NCBI GenBank assembly: GCA_026936335.1 | Contig: JAPMXV010000002.1 | Coordinates: 124,001 to 188,000 of the forward strand | Length of the DNA: 64,000 nucleotides | Direction of reading: 5' to 3' | DNA from: Mantamonas sphyraenae STR306 | Lineage: Eukaryota; Protista; CRuMs | Part shown: piece after piece, positions 45,001-55,900 of the stretch | Position numbering within the stretch: the first letter of the stretch is position 1 | How the letters are laid out: the number at the start of each line of letters is the position of its first letter | Position numbers and translations under genes: made by a program | Notes under the pieces: generated by a model | The model's input: the letters and a program-made list of their open reading frames with translations, nothing else | What the model was told of the DNA's origin: nothing | The model's database searches: none

Positions 45001-48000
45001 TTGGTCTTGCCACAGCGCACGCGCTGCTGCTGCGCACACTTGAAGTAGCGGTGGTAGCGGTTGGCGGCGCGGCTGCGCAGGAATGCAGCGCATCGGCGCT
45101 TGGCCAGCGTGCGTGCACGGTGGTTGCGGATCGCACGGAAGTGAGCATGGGCCAGCCTGAGCAGCGTCTTGTTGCGGCGCGCGTAGTCGGCCTTCCACAG
45201 GTTGTAGCTGCGACGGGCGCAGCGGTAGAACCTCGAGTACTTGCGCTGGCGGCGCAGAGACAGGCAGCGGCGCGTGTAGTTGATGCGGTGCTTCTTCTCC
45301 AGGATGCGAGCCAGGTAGTTGTTACCGCGCACAAGCAGCGAGCGGCCCAGGTTCTTGGTCTTGTTCCATGCGTTGAAGCGGCCAAGGATGCACTTGTAGT
45401 AGGCGTGTCCTCGCGCGGTGCTGTGCAGACGGCGGCAGGCACCGAGGGCGGCCCAGCGCGCACGCTTGTTGGTGATGCGCTTGGCCAACTTGGAACCTGC
45501 AGCGAGCCAGCGCTTGCCAGAAACGATGATGCGCTTGTAGCTCAGGTAGTGCTTGCGAATGCAGTTGTAGTACCTGCGTCCGTGACGTGCGCGCAGTCGG
45601 CGGCAGCCACGTGCGGCCTTGTTGCGACGCGACGTGTGCTTGATGGCACGCAGGAGCGACGCACCGGCCTTCTGCCAACGCTGGTTCTGGTTCTTGTGCT
45701 GGGTCCAGCGCACAAAGTAGCCGTGGATGCACGTGTAGTACAGCTTGGCGTTGCGCACGCGCTTGCGTCGGCATGCGTTCTGTGCGGTACGGCGCGTGGC
45801 CGCGTTGCGGATGCGGCGCAGCAGCGACGCGGCGAGCTTGTAGTAGCGCGTGTTGGCGTTGTTCTTGGTGCAGGCACGGAAGTGTGCACGGATGCACAGG
45901 TAGTATGCACGCGGGTTGCGTCCACGCTTGCGTGCGCACGCCCTGCTGGCACGGCGGCGACGGGCCACGTTCTTGATGCTGCGCAGAAGAGCGGCAGCCG
46001 ACGTGAGCCAGCGGCGGTTGTTGTTGCGCACAGACCTGAGCCAGGCGGCGTACTTGCTGTTGATGCAGTTGTAGTACGCGCGGCCCTGGCGAGCGCGGTA
46101 GCGGCGGCAGCGAGTAAGCGCGTTGAAGCGCGTCTTGCGGTTGCGGATCTTGTTGGCCACAGCCACGGCACGCTTGACCCACACGCGGTTGGTGCTTCCG
46201 CAGCGCTTGACGTACGCACGCTGCTGGGCGCGGATGCAGTTGTAGTACGATTGGCCGTTGCGCGGGTTGAAGCGACGGCAGGCACCGGCTGCACGCTGAC
46301 GGATCTTGCGGTTGCCGATGCGGCGCAAGATGGCGGCAGCCAGCTTAAGGTAGCGCGTGTTCTTGGCCGAAGCGACGCGGTAGTGGTTGTACTGGCTCAT
46401 GGCGCAGCGGTAGTAGTTGAAGGCGCTGCGGCGGTGACGCGCGCAGGCACGGCGAGCGCGAGCACGGTACTGGCGCGCAGTGCGGTTCAGGTAGCGGGTA
46501 GCCAGGTTGCGGTAGCGACGAGCACGTGCGGCGGCGGCCTTCTTGGCGTTGCGCTTCCAGCTGGCGTAGCGCGAGTTGCAGCAGCTGTAGTAGGCGCGCG
46601 CGTTGCGGCGCTGACGGCTGCAGGCACGTGCGGCGGCAGAGCGCGCACGGCCGTTGGTGATGCCACGCAGGCGAGCGGCTGCCAAGATGCGGTAGCGGCG
46701 GTCGCGCTTGGTGCGCACGGCCTTGCCCTTGCAGGCACGCAGGTACGTGTTGTAGTGTGCGTTGATGCAGCGGTAGTAGCGGACAGCGTTGCGGCGCTGG
46801 CGGCTGCAGGCACGTGCGGCGGCAGAGCGCTTGCGGCCGTTGCGGATACCACGAAGCTTGGACGATGCCATGCCGCGGTAGCGACGGTCGCGAGCGGCAC
46901 GCTGGCGAGCAAGGCGCTGCTTGCGCAGGAGTGCAGCACGTCGGCGCTTGGCCAGAATGGCGTCACGGCGAGCAGCACGCACGTAGGCATGGTAGCGGCT
47001 GCGTGCGCAGCTGCTGTAGGCGCACGGGTTGCGGATGCGGTGGCGGCCACAGGCACGGTTGGCCTGGGCTCGGTAGCGTCCACGGATGCGGCCCATCCAC
47101 GAGTTGCCCGAGCGGCGGCATGCGGCGTTGCGACGACGAGCACGTGCAAGTCGGGCGGCGCGGATGCGAGCCAGACGAGCGGCACGGCGGCGAGCAGCGG
47201 CCAGGCGGCGAGCGCGCGCGAGACGAGCAGCACGCGCACGAGCGGCGCGGATGCGTGCCTGGCGAGCACGGATGGCACGCAGACGAGCCTGACGAGCACG
47301 CAGAGCACGGATGCGAGCGGCACGCGCACGAGCGGCACGCAGAGCACGCAAACGAGCAAGGCGAGCAGCACGACGGCGAGCGGCGGCAGCACGCGCACGA
47401 GCACGCGCAATGGCACGACGGCGGGCAGCGGCAGCACGGCGTGCAGCAGCGGCACGAGCACGCGCACGGCGCGCGGCAGCAGCACGGCGAGCCGCAAGGA
47501 TGCGGCGGCGACGAGCGGCAGCGCGAGCGCGGGCGGCGCGGATGGCACGCGCACGAGCAAGAGCACGCGCACGAGCGATGGCCGCAGCACGCGCACGAGC
47601 ACGGGCCAAAGCACGCGCACGCGCACGCGCACGAGCGGCAGCAGCTGCACGAGCACGAGCAAGAGCACGCGCACGGGCGGCACGGCGGCGAGCCGCAGCG
47701 GCACGAGCACGAGCACGAGCAGCCGCACGACGGCGAGCTGCGGCACGAGCACGGGCAGCAGCAGCACGACGAGCAGCAGCAGCACGACGGCGAGCTGCAG
47801 CACGACGAGCGGCGGCACGACGACGCGCAGCGGCGGCACGACGAGCAGCGGCACGGCGAGCGGCAGCGGCACGACGGCGAGCTGCAGCGGCACGACGGCG
47901 GGCAGCGGCACGAGCACGTGCAGCTGCACGGCGACGAGCTGCCCAGTTGATGCGGCGGCGACGGCGACGGCGCTCTTCGGCATCCTGTACCGAGACTGTG

Positions 48001-48820
48001 GGAAGCGAAGGGGGGGGAAATCGCACGAGGTGAGGATGCACGAAAGCGTCGGGCCAACCGTGTCAGCTTCTTGGCCACATATGAGGAGACACACAGAGAG
48101 GAACACGCAGCCACACGTGTCACGCAGCCACACGTGTATGCACGCGCGCGTCTCAGCCACGGTTCGGTGCGCAGCGGCACTTTGCGGACTTTGCGAAGCG
48201 CACGACGCGCAAAGGCGTGGAAAAAGCCCTCCCGCAAATTTCACACGCACGGCCCGCACTACCCGGCACACGCACGCACACACACACGCATCGGCCTATG
48301 GCGTGCGTTTGCTGCTCTGCTCACGCATGGTTGACCCACGGCGCGCCGCAGGCGCTGTGTGTGTGGCGAGAGACGCGTTTGGGGTCGAACGGAAACGAGG
48401 CGAAAAAAAGCGGCGGTGGCGATTCGAAAAAAAAAAGCACCCGCGCACACTCAGGCCGCACACAGGGCGCACACACGTGCAAAACCTACCCGACTCGTCA
48501 TCGTCGACCTTGCTGTCCGACTCGCTAGTCGACTCGCTGGTCTTTTGCGATGCCTCAGCGTCCGACTGGCTCTGCACAGAGGCCTCCACAGCGGCCGTCT
48601 TCTTCTCAAGAGCGACGCGCTGCTCCTCCAGGTCGCCTGCACTCTCGTCAGACGACGACACCTCCTCCAGCGACTGGTCCTCAGTGCTGTCGAGGTCGTT
48701 CAGCAGATTGTCAATCTGGGAAAGCACACCGACTTCCTCCAGATCGTCTGCAGCGGCAAAGCTGCTCGTGAATGTAATCACGAGCAACCCCACCAGGAAA
48801 AGAAAAGCCGATTTCTGCAT
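39003..48820 (-). CDS. Giant (~3107 aa) secreted, extremely basic Arg/Ala/Lys-rich repeat protein; exons 48820-48490 and 47995-39003
   Basis: Exon 1 encodes signal peptide [24 protein letters not shown] and an acidic segment. A phase-1 GTAGGT..CACAG intron joins it in frame to a 9-kb exon with strong codon bias (AAG, GCC, CGC, AAC, CTC). Confidence 0.88.
43713..43853. repeat. Perfect 9-bp tandem repeat (CTTGCGACC)x15 encoding (GRK)15 on the minus strand
   Basis: Read directly; no synonymous variation between units. Confidence 0.95.
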
Positions 48821-49134
48821 GGTTCGATCCTTAGAAAACAGGCTTGGGGGGTGTTGGGTGATTCTTGACCTCCTTTGCAAAACTTGGTGTGTGTGTGTGT
48901 GTGTTTTGAGTGTCACGTTTCTCGTGCCACGCAGTTTGCAGGGAAGGAAAAGAAAACGGGTTTGGTTGCTGGCGTTTGCGGCGGCGCAGCACACCACCGA
49001 AACCATGCGTTGTCACATTCGCAGACACACACACACACACACAGACACACACCTCCTATCACACACATGTGCCACATGTGCTCAATCCATTTCATCCCAC
49101 TCACACGTCCAACACAACACACCTCCCCAAAACG

Positions 49135-50241
49135 ATGATGATGCGTGGCGGAGGCCTTGTGCGACGCAAGGCCTCATCCTCCACAACACCATCGTCATCG
49201 AGTGGCGTCCAGTCTGCATCTCAACAGGAGCAGCAGACGTGGATTGGCCAGGAAAGCGGCGTCGGCGCATTGGTGCTCGAGTCCACCAAACGAACGCGTC
49301 CATACTCTCCCACAGAAGCACCGTCGCCGGCCAGCAAGCGCCAGCGCGTGGAACGTGATACAGCGGAGCATGTACAGGCCCACGAGGGCGAACAACCGCA
49401 GCAAGAGAATGTCAGCGACAGCGCACGTTTTGACGCGGAATTTGGCACCGATCTGGGCGAGGTGGCGTACTGGAATGACACCATGACGGCGCTACAGAGC
49501 CTGAGGGACGCCTATCGCTCGAACGGCATGCAAGGAACGGGATTTGTGCTCAAACACCAGCTGTTCACCATGGTGGAGGACCCCACCGTCGTGGAACGGG
49601 AACTGGAGGAGCTCATGGCACGGGGACGCATACGCATATTCAAACTCATGCTGGGCACAGACGACTACGCCATCGTCAGCACCGACGAGTACCTGGGGGC
49701 CATCGCACGCGCACGTGCACGCCTGGACGAAGAGGCGGACAAGGCGGCCCTGGACGCCTTTGTCAAGAGGTTACTGCCCGTGTGTGGCGACATCAGCGTG
49801 AGCCGTCGCCTGGTGCTCAGTGCCGTCCTTGGCGATGGCTCCCAGCAGTTTCTGGAGGAGGAGCTGGACGCAGGACAGGTTTCACGCGTGTTGCGAGTGC
49901 TCATGAACGCGGGCCTGCTGGTGCACAAGGACACCCACACGTTCTGGCTGGCCATCCCTGGCGCAGGTACGGTGCTCACCCACTGTCGCGCTGGTCGACG
50001 TGAACTCCTCGGCATCCTGCGCCGGAAAAAGTTCCGCGAGATGCTGCTCAAGGATCTCGTTCAGCGCAGGCTCAAACGCTCCTCCCTTGGCATCATGTTC
50101 CATGTCCGCGACCTCGTGGGCAGTTCTGTTGCCACACGCACCTCGACAGTGCAAGGTGACCTCATCCGTCTGGCTGCCAAGGCCGACGCCTCCTCCTCCA
50201 CCTCCTCTATCTCGTCAAGACGCATCCAATGGGGCGCCTAG
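49135..50241 (+). CDS. STK19: STK19-like tandem winged-helix protein (transcription-coupled repair factor)
   Basis: DTMTALQSL, VLKHQLFTMVEDPTVVERELEEL, IRIFKL, LMNAGLL, FWLAIPGAG, GRRELLGILRRKKFRE, SSLGIMFHVRDLVG. Start at ATG 49135. Confidence 0.88.
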   Translation: MMMRGGGLVRRKASSSTTPSSSSGVQSASQQEQQTWIGQESGVGALVLESTKRTRPYSPTEAPSPASKRQRVERDTAEHVQAHEGEQPQQENVSDSARFDAEFGTDLGEVAYWNDTMTALQSLRDAYRSNGMQGTGFVLKHQLFTMVEDPTVVERELEELMARGRIRIFKLMLGTDDYAIVSTDEYLGAIARARARLDEEADKAALDAFVKRLLPVCGDISVSRRLVLSAVLGDGSQQFLEEELDAGQVSRVLRVLMNAGLLVHKDTHTFWLAIPGAGTVLTHCRAGRRELLGILRRKKFREMLLKDLVQRRLKRSSLGIMFHVRDLVGSSVATRTSTVQGDLIRLAAKADASSSTSSISSRRIQWGA

Positions 50242-50281
50242 CTAGCTGTGTACAATCAAATCAACAATCCCATGTTCCAAC

Positions 50282-50999
50282 TCACATGCCCATCAGCATC
50301 GACTGTTGTGCCGTCTTGCGAGACGACGACGACGACGACGACGTTGATTTGCTCTTCTTCTTTGCACTCTTTGTCGCCCCGTATCCATATCCACTGCTGA
50401 CCCCGCTCCCACTCGTGCCGCGGCTGCGTCGTCCGCTGCCGTTCTCTTTTTGCTTCTGTGTGCAAGGTTGGAGGCACTTGTGTCAGGCGCCCAACCCTGA
50501 CGTGTGCCGGTGGCCGTTGACGCGCCAAAAATCCGCCAAAAAAGAAAATCCGCACCCGTCAAGTCCACCCGTCGGCCTCACACACACACACACACACACC
50601 ACCTACCTCTCCCTGCCAGTTCTGGTTCGTCAGCTTGTCCTGATGGTCGCGCATCTGGGAAAACACGTTGATCCACAGCTGGAGCAGCTTGTCCGTTTTG
50701 TCCACCGTCTCGCTCATGTGCGCCATGTTGTCGCGCATCGACACCAACGACCCGTTGATCGCCTGCACGCTCTGGTCGCACGCCAGAATGAACTGAAGCT
50801 CCCTTTGCAGCGCGGCATCTTCTGCACTCACGCTCTCCTCCTCCTCCTCCTCCTCCTCGTCTTCGTCTTCCACCTCGACGGCGCTGTCGTCCAGCTCCTT
50901 TGCCACCAGCTCCTGTTCCTGCGCGCTCAGCTCCACAGAGCTCTCATCCAAGTCAAGATCCACATCCAATGCGTCGACAAGGGCCTTGGTATCACTCAT
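50282..50999 (-). CDS. DUO1: DASH/Dam1 kinetochore complex subunit Duo1, exons 50999-50607 and 50455-50282, 188 aa
   Basis: AALQREL...INGSLVSMRDNMAHMSETVDKTDKLLQLWINVFSQ...KLTNQNWQG fits the Duo1 pattern (L-x2-EL...TV-x5-LL-x2-W-x3-SQ...L-x4-W-x-G). Acidic N-terminus and basic Ser/Gly tail; GTAGGT..CACAG intron. Confidence 0.8.
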
Positions 51000-51074
51000 G
51001 GTCTTGTGTAGTGTGGTCAGATTTCGTTTGGCAACAACCGCGCCCGCCAAACAAATTCCCCCCCTCTCTCTTCA
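51000..51074. promoter_or_regulatory. 75-nt bidirectional promoter between Duo1 and p1, with an E2F-like site (CCCGCCAAA, 51043-51051)
   Basis: Head-to-head ATGs; the motif reads TTTGGCGGG on the minus strand. Confidence 0.5.
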
Positions 51075-52043
51075 ATGTCCGCTCAGCAGCAGCCGCGCTC
51101 CATCAACGACCCCGTGCGGCAGCTTATCCGCAGCTGCGACTCAAAGTCCCTGTGGAACTACACACTGAGCCCAGGCTGGACCGACGAGGAGATTGAGGTT
51201 TTGCGTGCCTGCATCATGAAGTTTGGCGTTGGCGCTTGGGCTACCATCACCAATGGCGGCTACCTGCCCGAAAAGACACGTGCACAGTTGAACCTGCAGA
51301 CACAACGCCTTGTGGGCCAGCAGAGTCTTGGAGGTCGGTTGGCAGAGCCGCAGAACTGGCAAGCGCGCCAAACACACGCGCACACGCGCACGATCGCTCA
51401 CTTTCCCCTTCTGTGCCCCCAATGCATGCACTCCTGCTCATACGCTCCCCACACACAGAGTTTTCTGGCATCAAACTCGACCCGCTTGCTGTGCTCGAGC
51501 ACAACCGAGCACGCACAAACGTCAAGCGCAAGAACGGGATGGTGATCAACACAGGACGTGAGTGTTCTCGCCTCGCCAACCTCTCTCTCCTCGCCATGCC
51601 ATACACCCTCACTCACTCACACACACACTCAACGCATCCATGCAACAGGTAACCCCAAGCCAGAGGTGCGCAAGCGAAAACGAGAAGAGAACCAGAAGCG
51701 ATGGGGCCTTAGCGAGGAGGAGGCGGCCAAGGTGGAAATCCCAAAGTTGGCCGCGCCAACCTCTACGGTGGAAGGCACCGTGCTCACCATCGACACAGAA
51801 GTCAAACGCAAACAAATGGACGAACTTATCGCCCTCAAAAAGCTGTTTGCTCGGATACAGGAGCAAATCGACATCAAGCGTGGCCGCGAACCGGCCTCCA
51901 CCACCTCCTCAACCACCTCCACATCCTCCTCCTCATCCACAACAACAACAACAACAACAACAACCGATGCAGGCACCACCAAGCGCACTCGTCCGGAAGA
52001 GTCAGACTCGAATTCAGGCGATGCCAAGAGGCAGAAAGTCTGA
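51075..52043 (+). CDS. p1 (AMTP1) subunit of the MTA1c/AMT1 DNA N6-adenine methyltransferase complex, Myb/HTH-like; join(51075..51333,51459..51557,51649..52043), 250 aa
   Basis: SKSLWNYTLSPGWTDEEIEVL...FGVGAW...LPEKT...QTQRLVGQQSLGEFSG...RKNGMVINTGRNP...ENQKRWGLS closely matches ciliate p1 as I recall it. Two canonical introns restore the frame. Confidence 0.85.
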
Positions 52044-52674
52044 CGATGCGAAGCAGCCCCGCATCTGCCAACCAATCAAAACGTACGCAATTTCATCAAT
52101 CCCTTCCTTCTCCCGCACCTGTGTTGTGTGGACAGTGGGGATGACGACTAGAACAGTGGTTGCCTCTCAGCACCGGTATGTTGGCCACACGGCCGTGCTC
52201 AGCACATGCGCAAAATTCCCGAGGCCCATTTTTGCATGCGCTCGCCCTTCGCGTCCGCCGTGCTGCACACACACCTCCTTGACTTTCCCAACCACGCACA
52301 CCTGCTGTACACACAAGGCACTAACCCGTTGCCCCACCTACAGACTGTCCTACGCTTCGTCGTCCCGCTGCAGAGCCGCAGAACCTGCACGTGCCACTTG
52401 GCCTCTGCCCTCTCGCCACTTGGTCGTGCTTCTCCTGCGTCCCTCCTCGCCACACAACACCCTACGCACAATGCCTCTGCCCGTTTCCCCTTCTCCACAC
52501 ACGTGCCCGCACGTACGCCGTGTCCGTGTCTGCACACGAGTCACTGCACACGTGTACACGCACCCAGCACCAAATCAGCATGTGCCCCCCATCCTAATTT
52601 CCCCCCTTCCCTCCCTTGTCGCCTCCCTTCCTCTCACACGAATCTCCTCAACTATTCCATACCCGTAGTTCCAA

Positions 52675-52752
52675 ATGCGTGCCAAGTGGAGAAAGAAGCG
52701 TCAGCGACGCCTCAAGCGCAAGCGACGACTTATGCGAAAGAAGTCGAAATGA
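52675..52752 (+). CDS. RPL41: Ribosomal protein eL41 (eS32), 25 aa
   Basis: Translates to MRAKWRKKRQRRLKRKRRLMRKKSK*, nearly the canonical eL41. Too short to appear in the ORF track. Confidence 0.95.
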   Translation: MRAKWRKKRQRRLKRKRRLMRKKSK

Positions 52753-52941
52753 TCGGTGCAACCGGTTGCGGCTTCCGCGTGAGAGCTCACGAGGCGGTGA
52801 CACGACACGTGCACTCCGCTTCTCGTCTGTCTGGTTGAGACCAAGTGTCAGAAGCAGCGCATGCGAGGGGTAGCAAAATGGACGTTGTTGGTTTCCTCTC
52901 CTCTCCCCCTCTCCCCTCCCAAACACAATCCACTCTTGGCC

Positions 52942-55900
52942 ATGTCCACCCTCTCCTCTGGGAAACAACCCCACGATGATGATGAAGATGTCTCCTGGGA
53001 CCCGTTCAACGCCTCGGACACCGACGACCACGCACTGTCCATCCTCACCGACTTTGTCAGCGTTGATCCGTCCTTTCTTCTCCAGAACCTCCCTCAGCCC
53101 GACCTCTCCGACGACGACGACGAACTGGAACTCCCACCACCCTACCACAATCTCCTCGGACGCTTCCACACCCTTTGGATCAGGCTTCGCTCCATGCATC
53201 GCAACTGCCAGCCTATGCGGGCCTCGAAAACAACCAGTGCCTCCATCCTCAATCTTGTTCGCGAGACGTGTGCACGCAATCACCGCCCAACTCTTCCCAC
53301 ATTCCTCCTCAACGCCTGGTCCTCCTTGCTTCTCTCCTATCACCACGCTGTGATGCCTCTGGACAGCGTTGGCTTGGCCATGCAAGCCTTTTGCCGAGCA
53401 CGGGCAATCCTCATCGCAAAACCGCTCCCGCAGGACTCCTTCTTGTTCAAGAGTGCAGCCTCCCTCACCATTCTCATTGCCCACAACCTTCTCAGTCGCC
53501 CAATTTTTCACGACATGGACGAGTGCAATGACTGGCTCACGCAAAGTGTCGTCAACGCTTTCCCCACCGTGCACCCCTCCCACTCGCTCCCTACCCTCAT
53601 GGATCGCCAGCTCAACATGCGCCTCTACACTTTCTTCGCAGAGGCTGTCGGCTCTCTGTCAGGACCCGCCCTCGAACAGTGCGTCGACTTCCACTGCTAC
53701 CTCCACGACCACGCCATCCGCCCGGACGACCCAGCCCACCACCTCGACGCTCTCAAGGCCCAGGCTTTCCTCCTCCGCAGTCTTGATGTGAGGAAAGACG
53801 AGTGTCCCCTGTCTCCCGAGCGCTGCGTCGCCCTCCTGAACGCAGAGACGCGCGCAATGGCCACAACCTCTGAAATGCCCTCGCACAAATATCTTCATGG
53901 ACCTGCTCTGGCCACTGCTTCCATCATCCTGCGTATCAGTGCGATGTGCTACTGCAACAGGGTCGATTCAGGCGCATTGTCCCAAGTCATTTCGTCCCTG
54001 AACCACGCCACCGCCTCCCATCCCACTTCTGTGCCCGACTTCCTCCTCGACATCCTGCACTTGCGCGTCGAAGATTCTGGGGTCGAGACAGTGGAAGAGC
54101 ACTACGCCTTTCTGCGCATGCAGGACACCGTATGGCGATTCTACTACTATTGGACGATGTGTTCCGTGGTGCATGATCCCCTCCACCCCGATGTTCTCTC
54201 TCTTCTGCGCGACTGGCTTCACCGCATGCACACCCACAAGGGCGTTGTCGACCTGCTCTTTCCCGCAAACGCTCTCCTGCAGGCCCTGTTTTCCCTCGAT
54301 GCCCACCTGTGGACCGAGAACACACTCCTTGAAATCATCCGGCTCATTGAAGTCTTCATCCAACCCTATCCCGACACGTACATGGAAGTGTTGCGAGACC
54401 TTCTCCGCTTTCTAGGGGACATCGTGGACGATGACGACGATCCCCGTTCGTCGTTTGTCCTCGCACGCACCATTGCCAGCTATGAGGTGGAGCTCGCATG
54501 TACACACATTGCAGCCGAAATCCAACGTGACCAATCCAATACTCTGTCCTCCGACGTGATTGATCTCCTCCAATCCGCCTGGGATCGCCTCAGCCTCATC
54601 CTCCACATCGACGCAGACCACCAAAGCAGCACGTTGATCCACGATCACGAAGCCCCACCTTTTGCAGAGTCCCACAGGGTGATTGCCCATGCCCTCACCG
54701 CGTTCATCACCCTTCCCAATCCAAAGCTGGACGCTGCCGCTGACCAACTCCGTGACTTGATTCGTCACTACATTCAGCAGCCCCAGATCGACCACGTCAA
54801 TCTCCACGCCACGCTCCGCCACATCTACACCTCTATTGTCAGTTTATCCAACGATGGAGACACCCATGAGGCACAGAAATGCCTTCTGGAACACGCACCC
54901 TTTCTGTTTGACTCGCAGGAAGAACATCTCATCGCCGCCTTTGTTGCAAACTCTCCCGACGTGCCCCAGGCCGCACAGACGCGCACCATGTGGATTCGTT
55001 GCGTCCTATTCCGACTCGTTTACCACTTGCGTGAGGGAAACTGGGCCGAGCTGCAGCAAACGGCCGCGTGCATCATCAACGTCCACGCACATGCTGCACG
55101 CCAGCGCCAGGTCCCCACCGACTGCCTCTACGACCTTTCTCAGTCCCAAATCAACGAACTTGTCCCATTCTTGGAACAAGACGGCTCTGTGTACGCGTGG
55201 GAGGGCAAACTTCAAACCCTGATCTGCTCCAGCTCCCCTGAGCAGCGGGTCCACATTTTCTCGGCCCTCCACGCCGCCCTCGTTGCCACAAACCTCATCG
55301 CTTTGGACACGTCCGAGCAACAACACGTGAATCATGGCGTCCACTTTACACGCGTCGGCACCGCCATCATCTTCCTTGCCTGGCTCGCACAAAGTCTCGA
55401 CGAACTCGACAACGACCACGACGCCGTGCACATCCTCCCACACCACGTCGACGTCTTTCTCTACGACATCTTTCGCGCGCGCATCCACAGCCGCCCCTTG
55501 CAGTCGCTCATCCAGGCCATCAATGACAGTTGTCTAACCCTCGAGGTCGAGGGTTCTGCCATCGGCTTTGTCCTGATCACCAAACTCACTTGGCTCTGTG
55601 CCGTCATTCCTGGTCGCATCACCATCGATCCCGAACTCCTCTTCATCCCAGAATTCACCATTGTCCCCGACAGGGAAGAGCAGGCCCAGCGAGAGAGGCA
55701 CGAACACTCCCTCGCCTCGGGATACCAGCTATGGCCAACTTGCATGCGCCCTTGTGCCCCAATTTTTCACTTCTGACACTCCATCCCTCACTATGCCCAT
55801 GTACGCGTGTGCAGCAAACCTGTACACAGCTGCATGCGCAAGCACGGGCGGCTTATACGAGTCCCAAGCACGCCAGTACCTTGCTCAGGGTGTTCAAATG

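Noticed and set aside
47311-48033. Plus-strand ORF also encoding an Arg/Ala-rich peptide
   Set aside because: GCN/CGN codon runs read as Arg/Ala on the opposite strand too; no independent start or signal peptide.
38811-49358. 3515-aa plus-strand ORF antisense to the giant basic protein
   Set aside because: It is in codon register with the minus-strand main exon, whose bias avoids TTA/CTA/TCA and so removes antisense stops. The translation is a typical L/A/G/V shadow and runs through intron microsatellites.
52130-52260. Possible snRNA/SL RNA/snoRNA (ATGACGA box-C-like, GTATGT donor, Sm-like ATTTTTG at 52228)
   Set aside because: No diagnostic U1/U2/U4/U5/U3 sequence recognised; the motifs are short and expected by chance.
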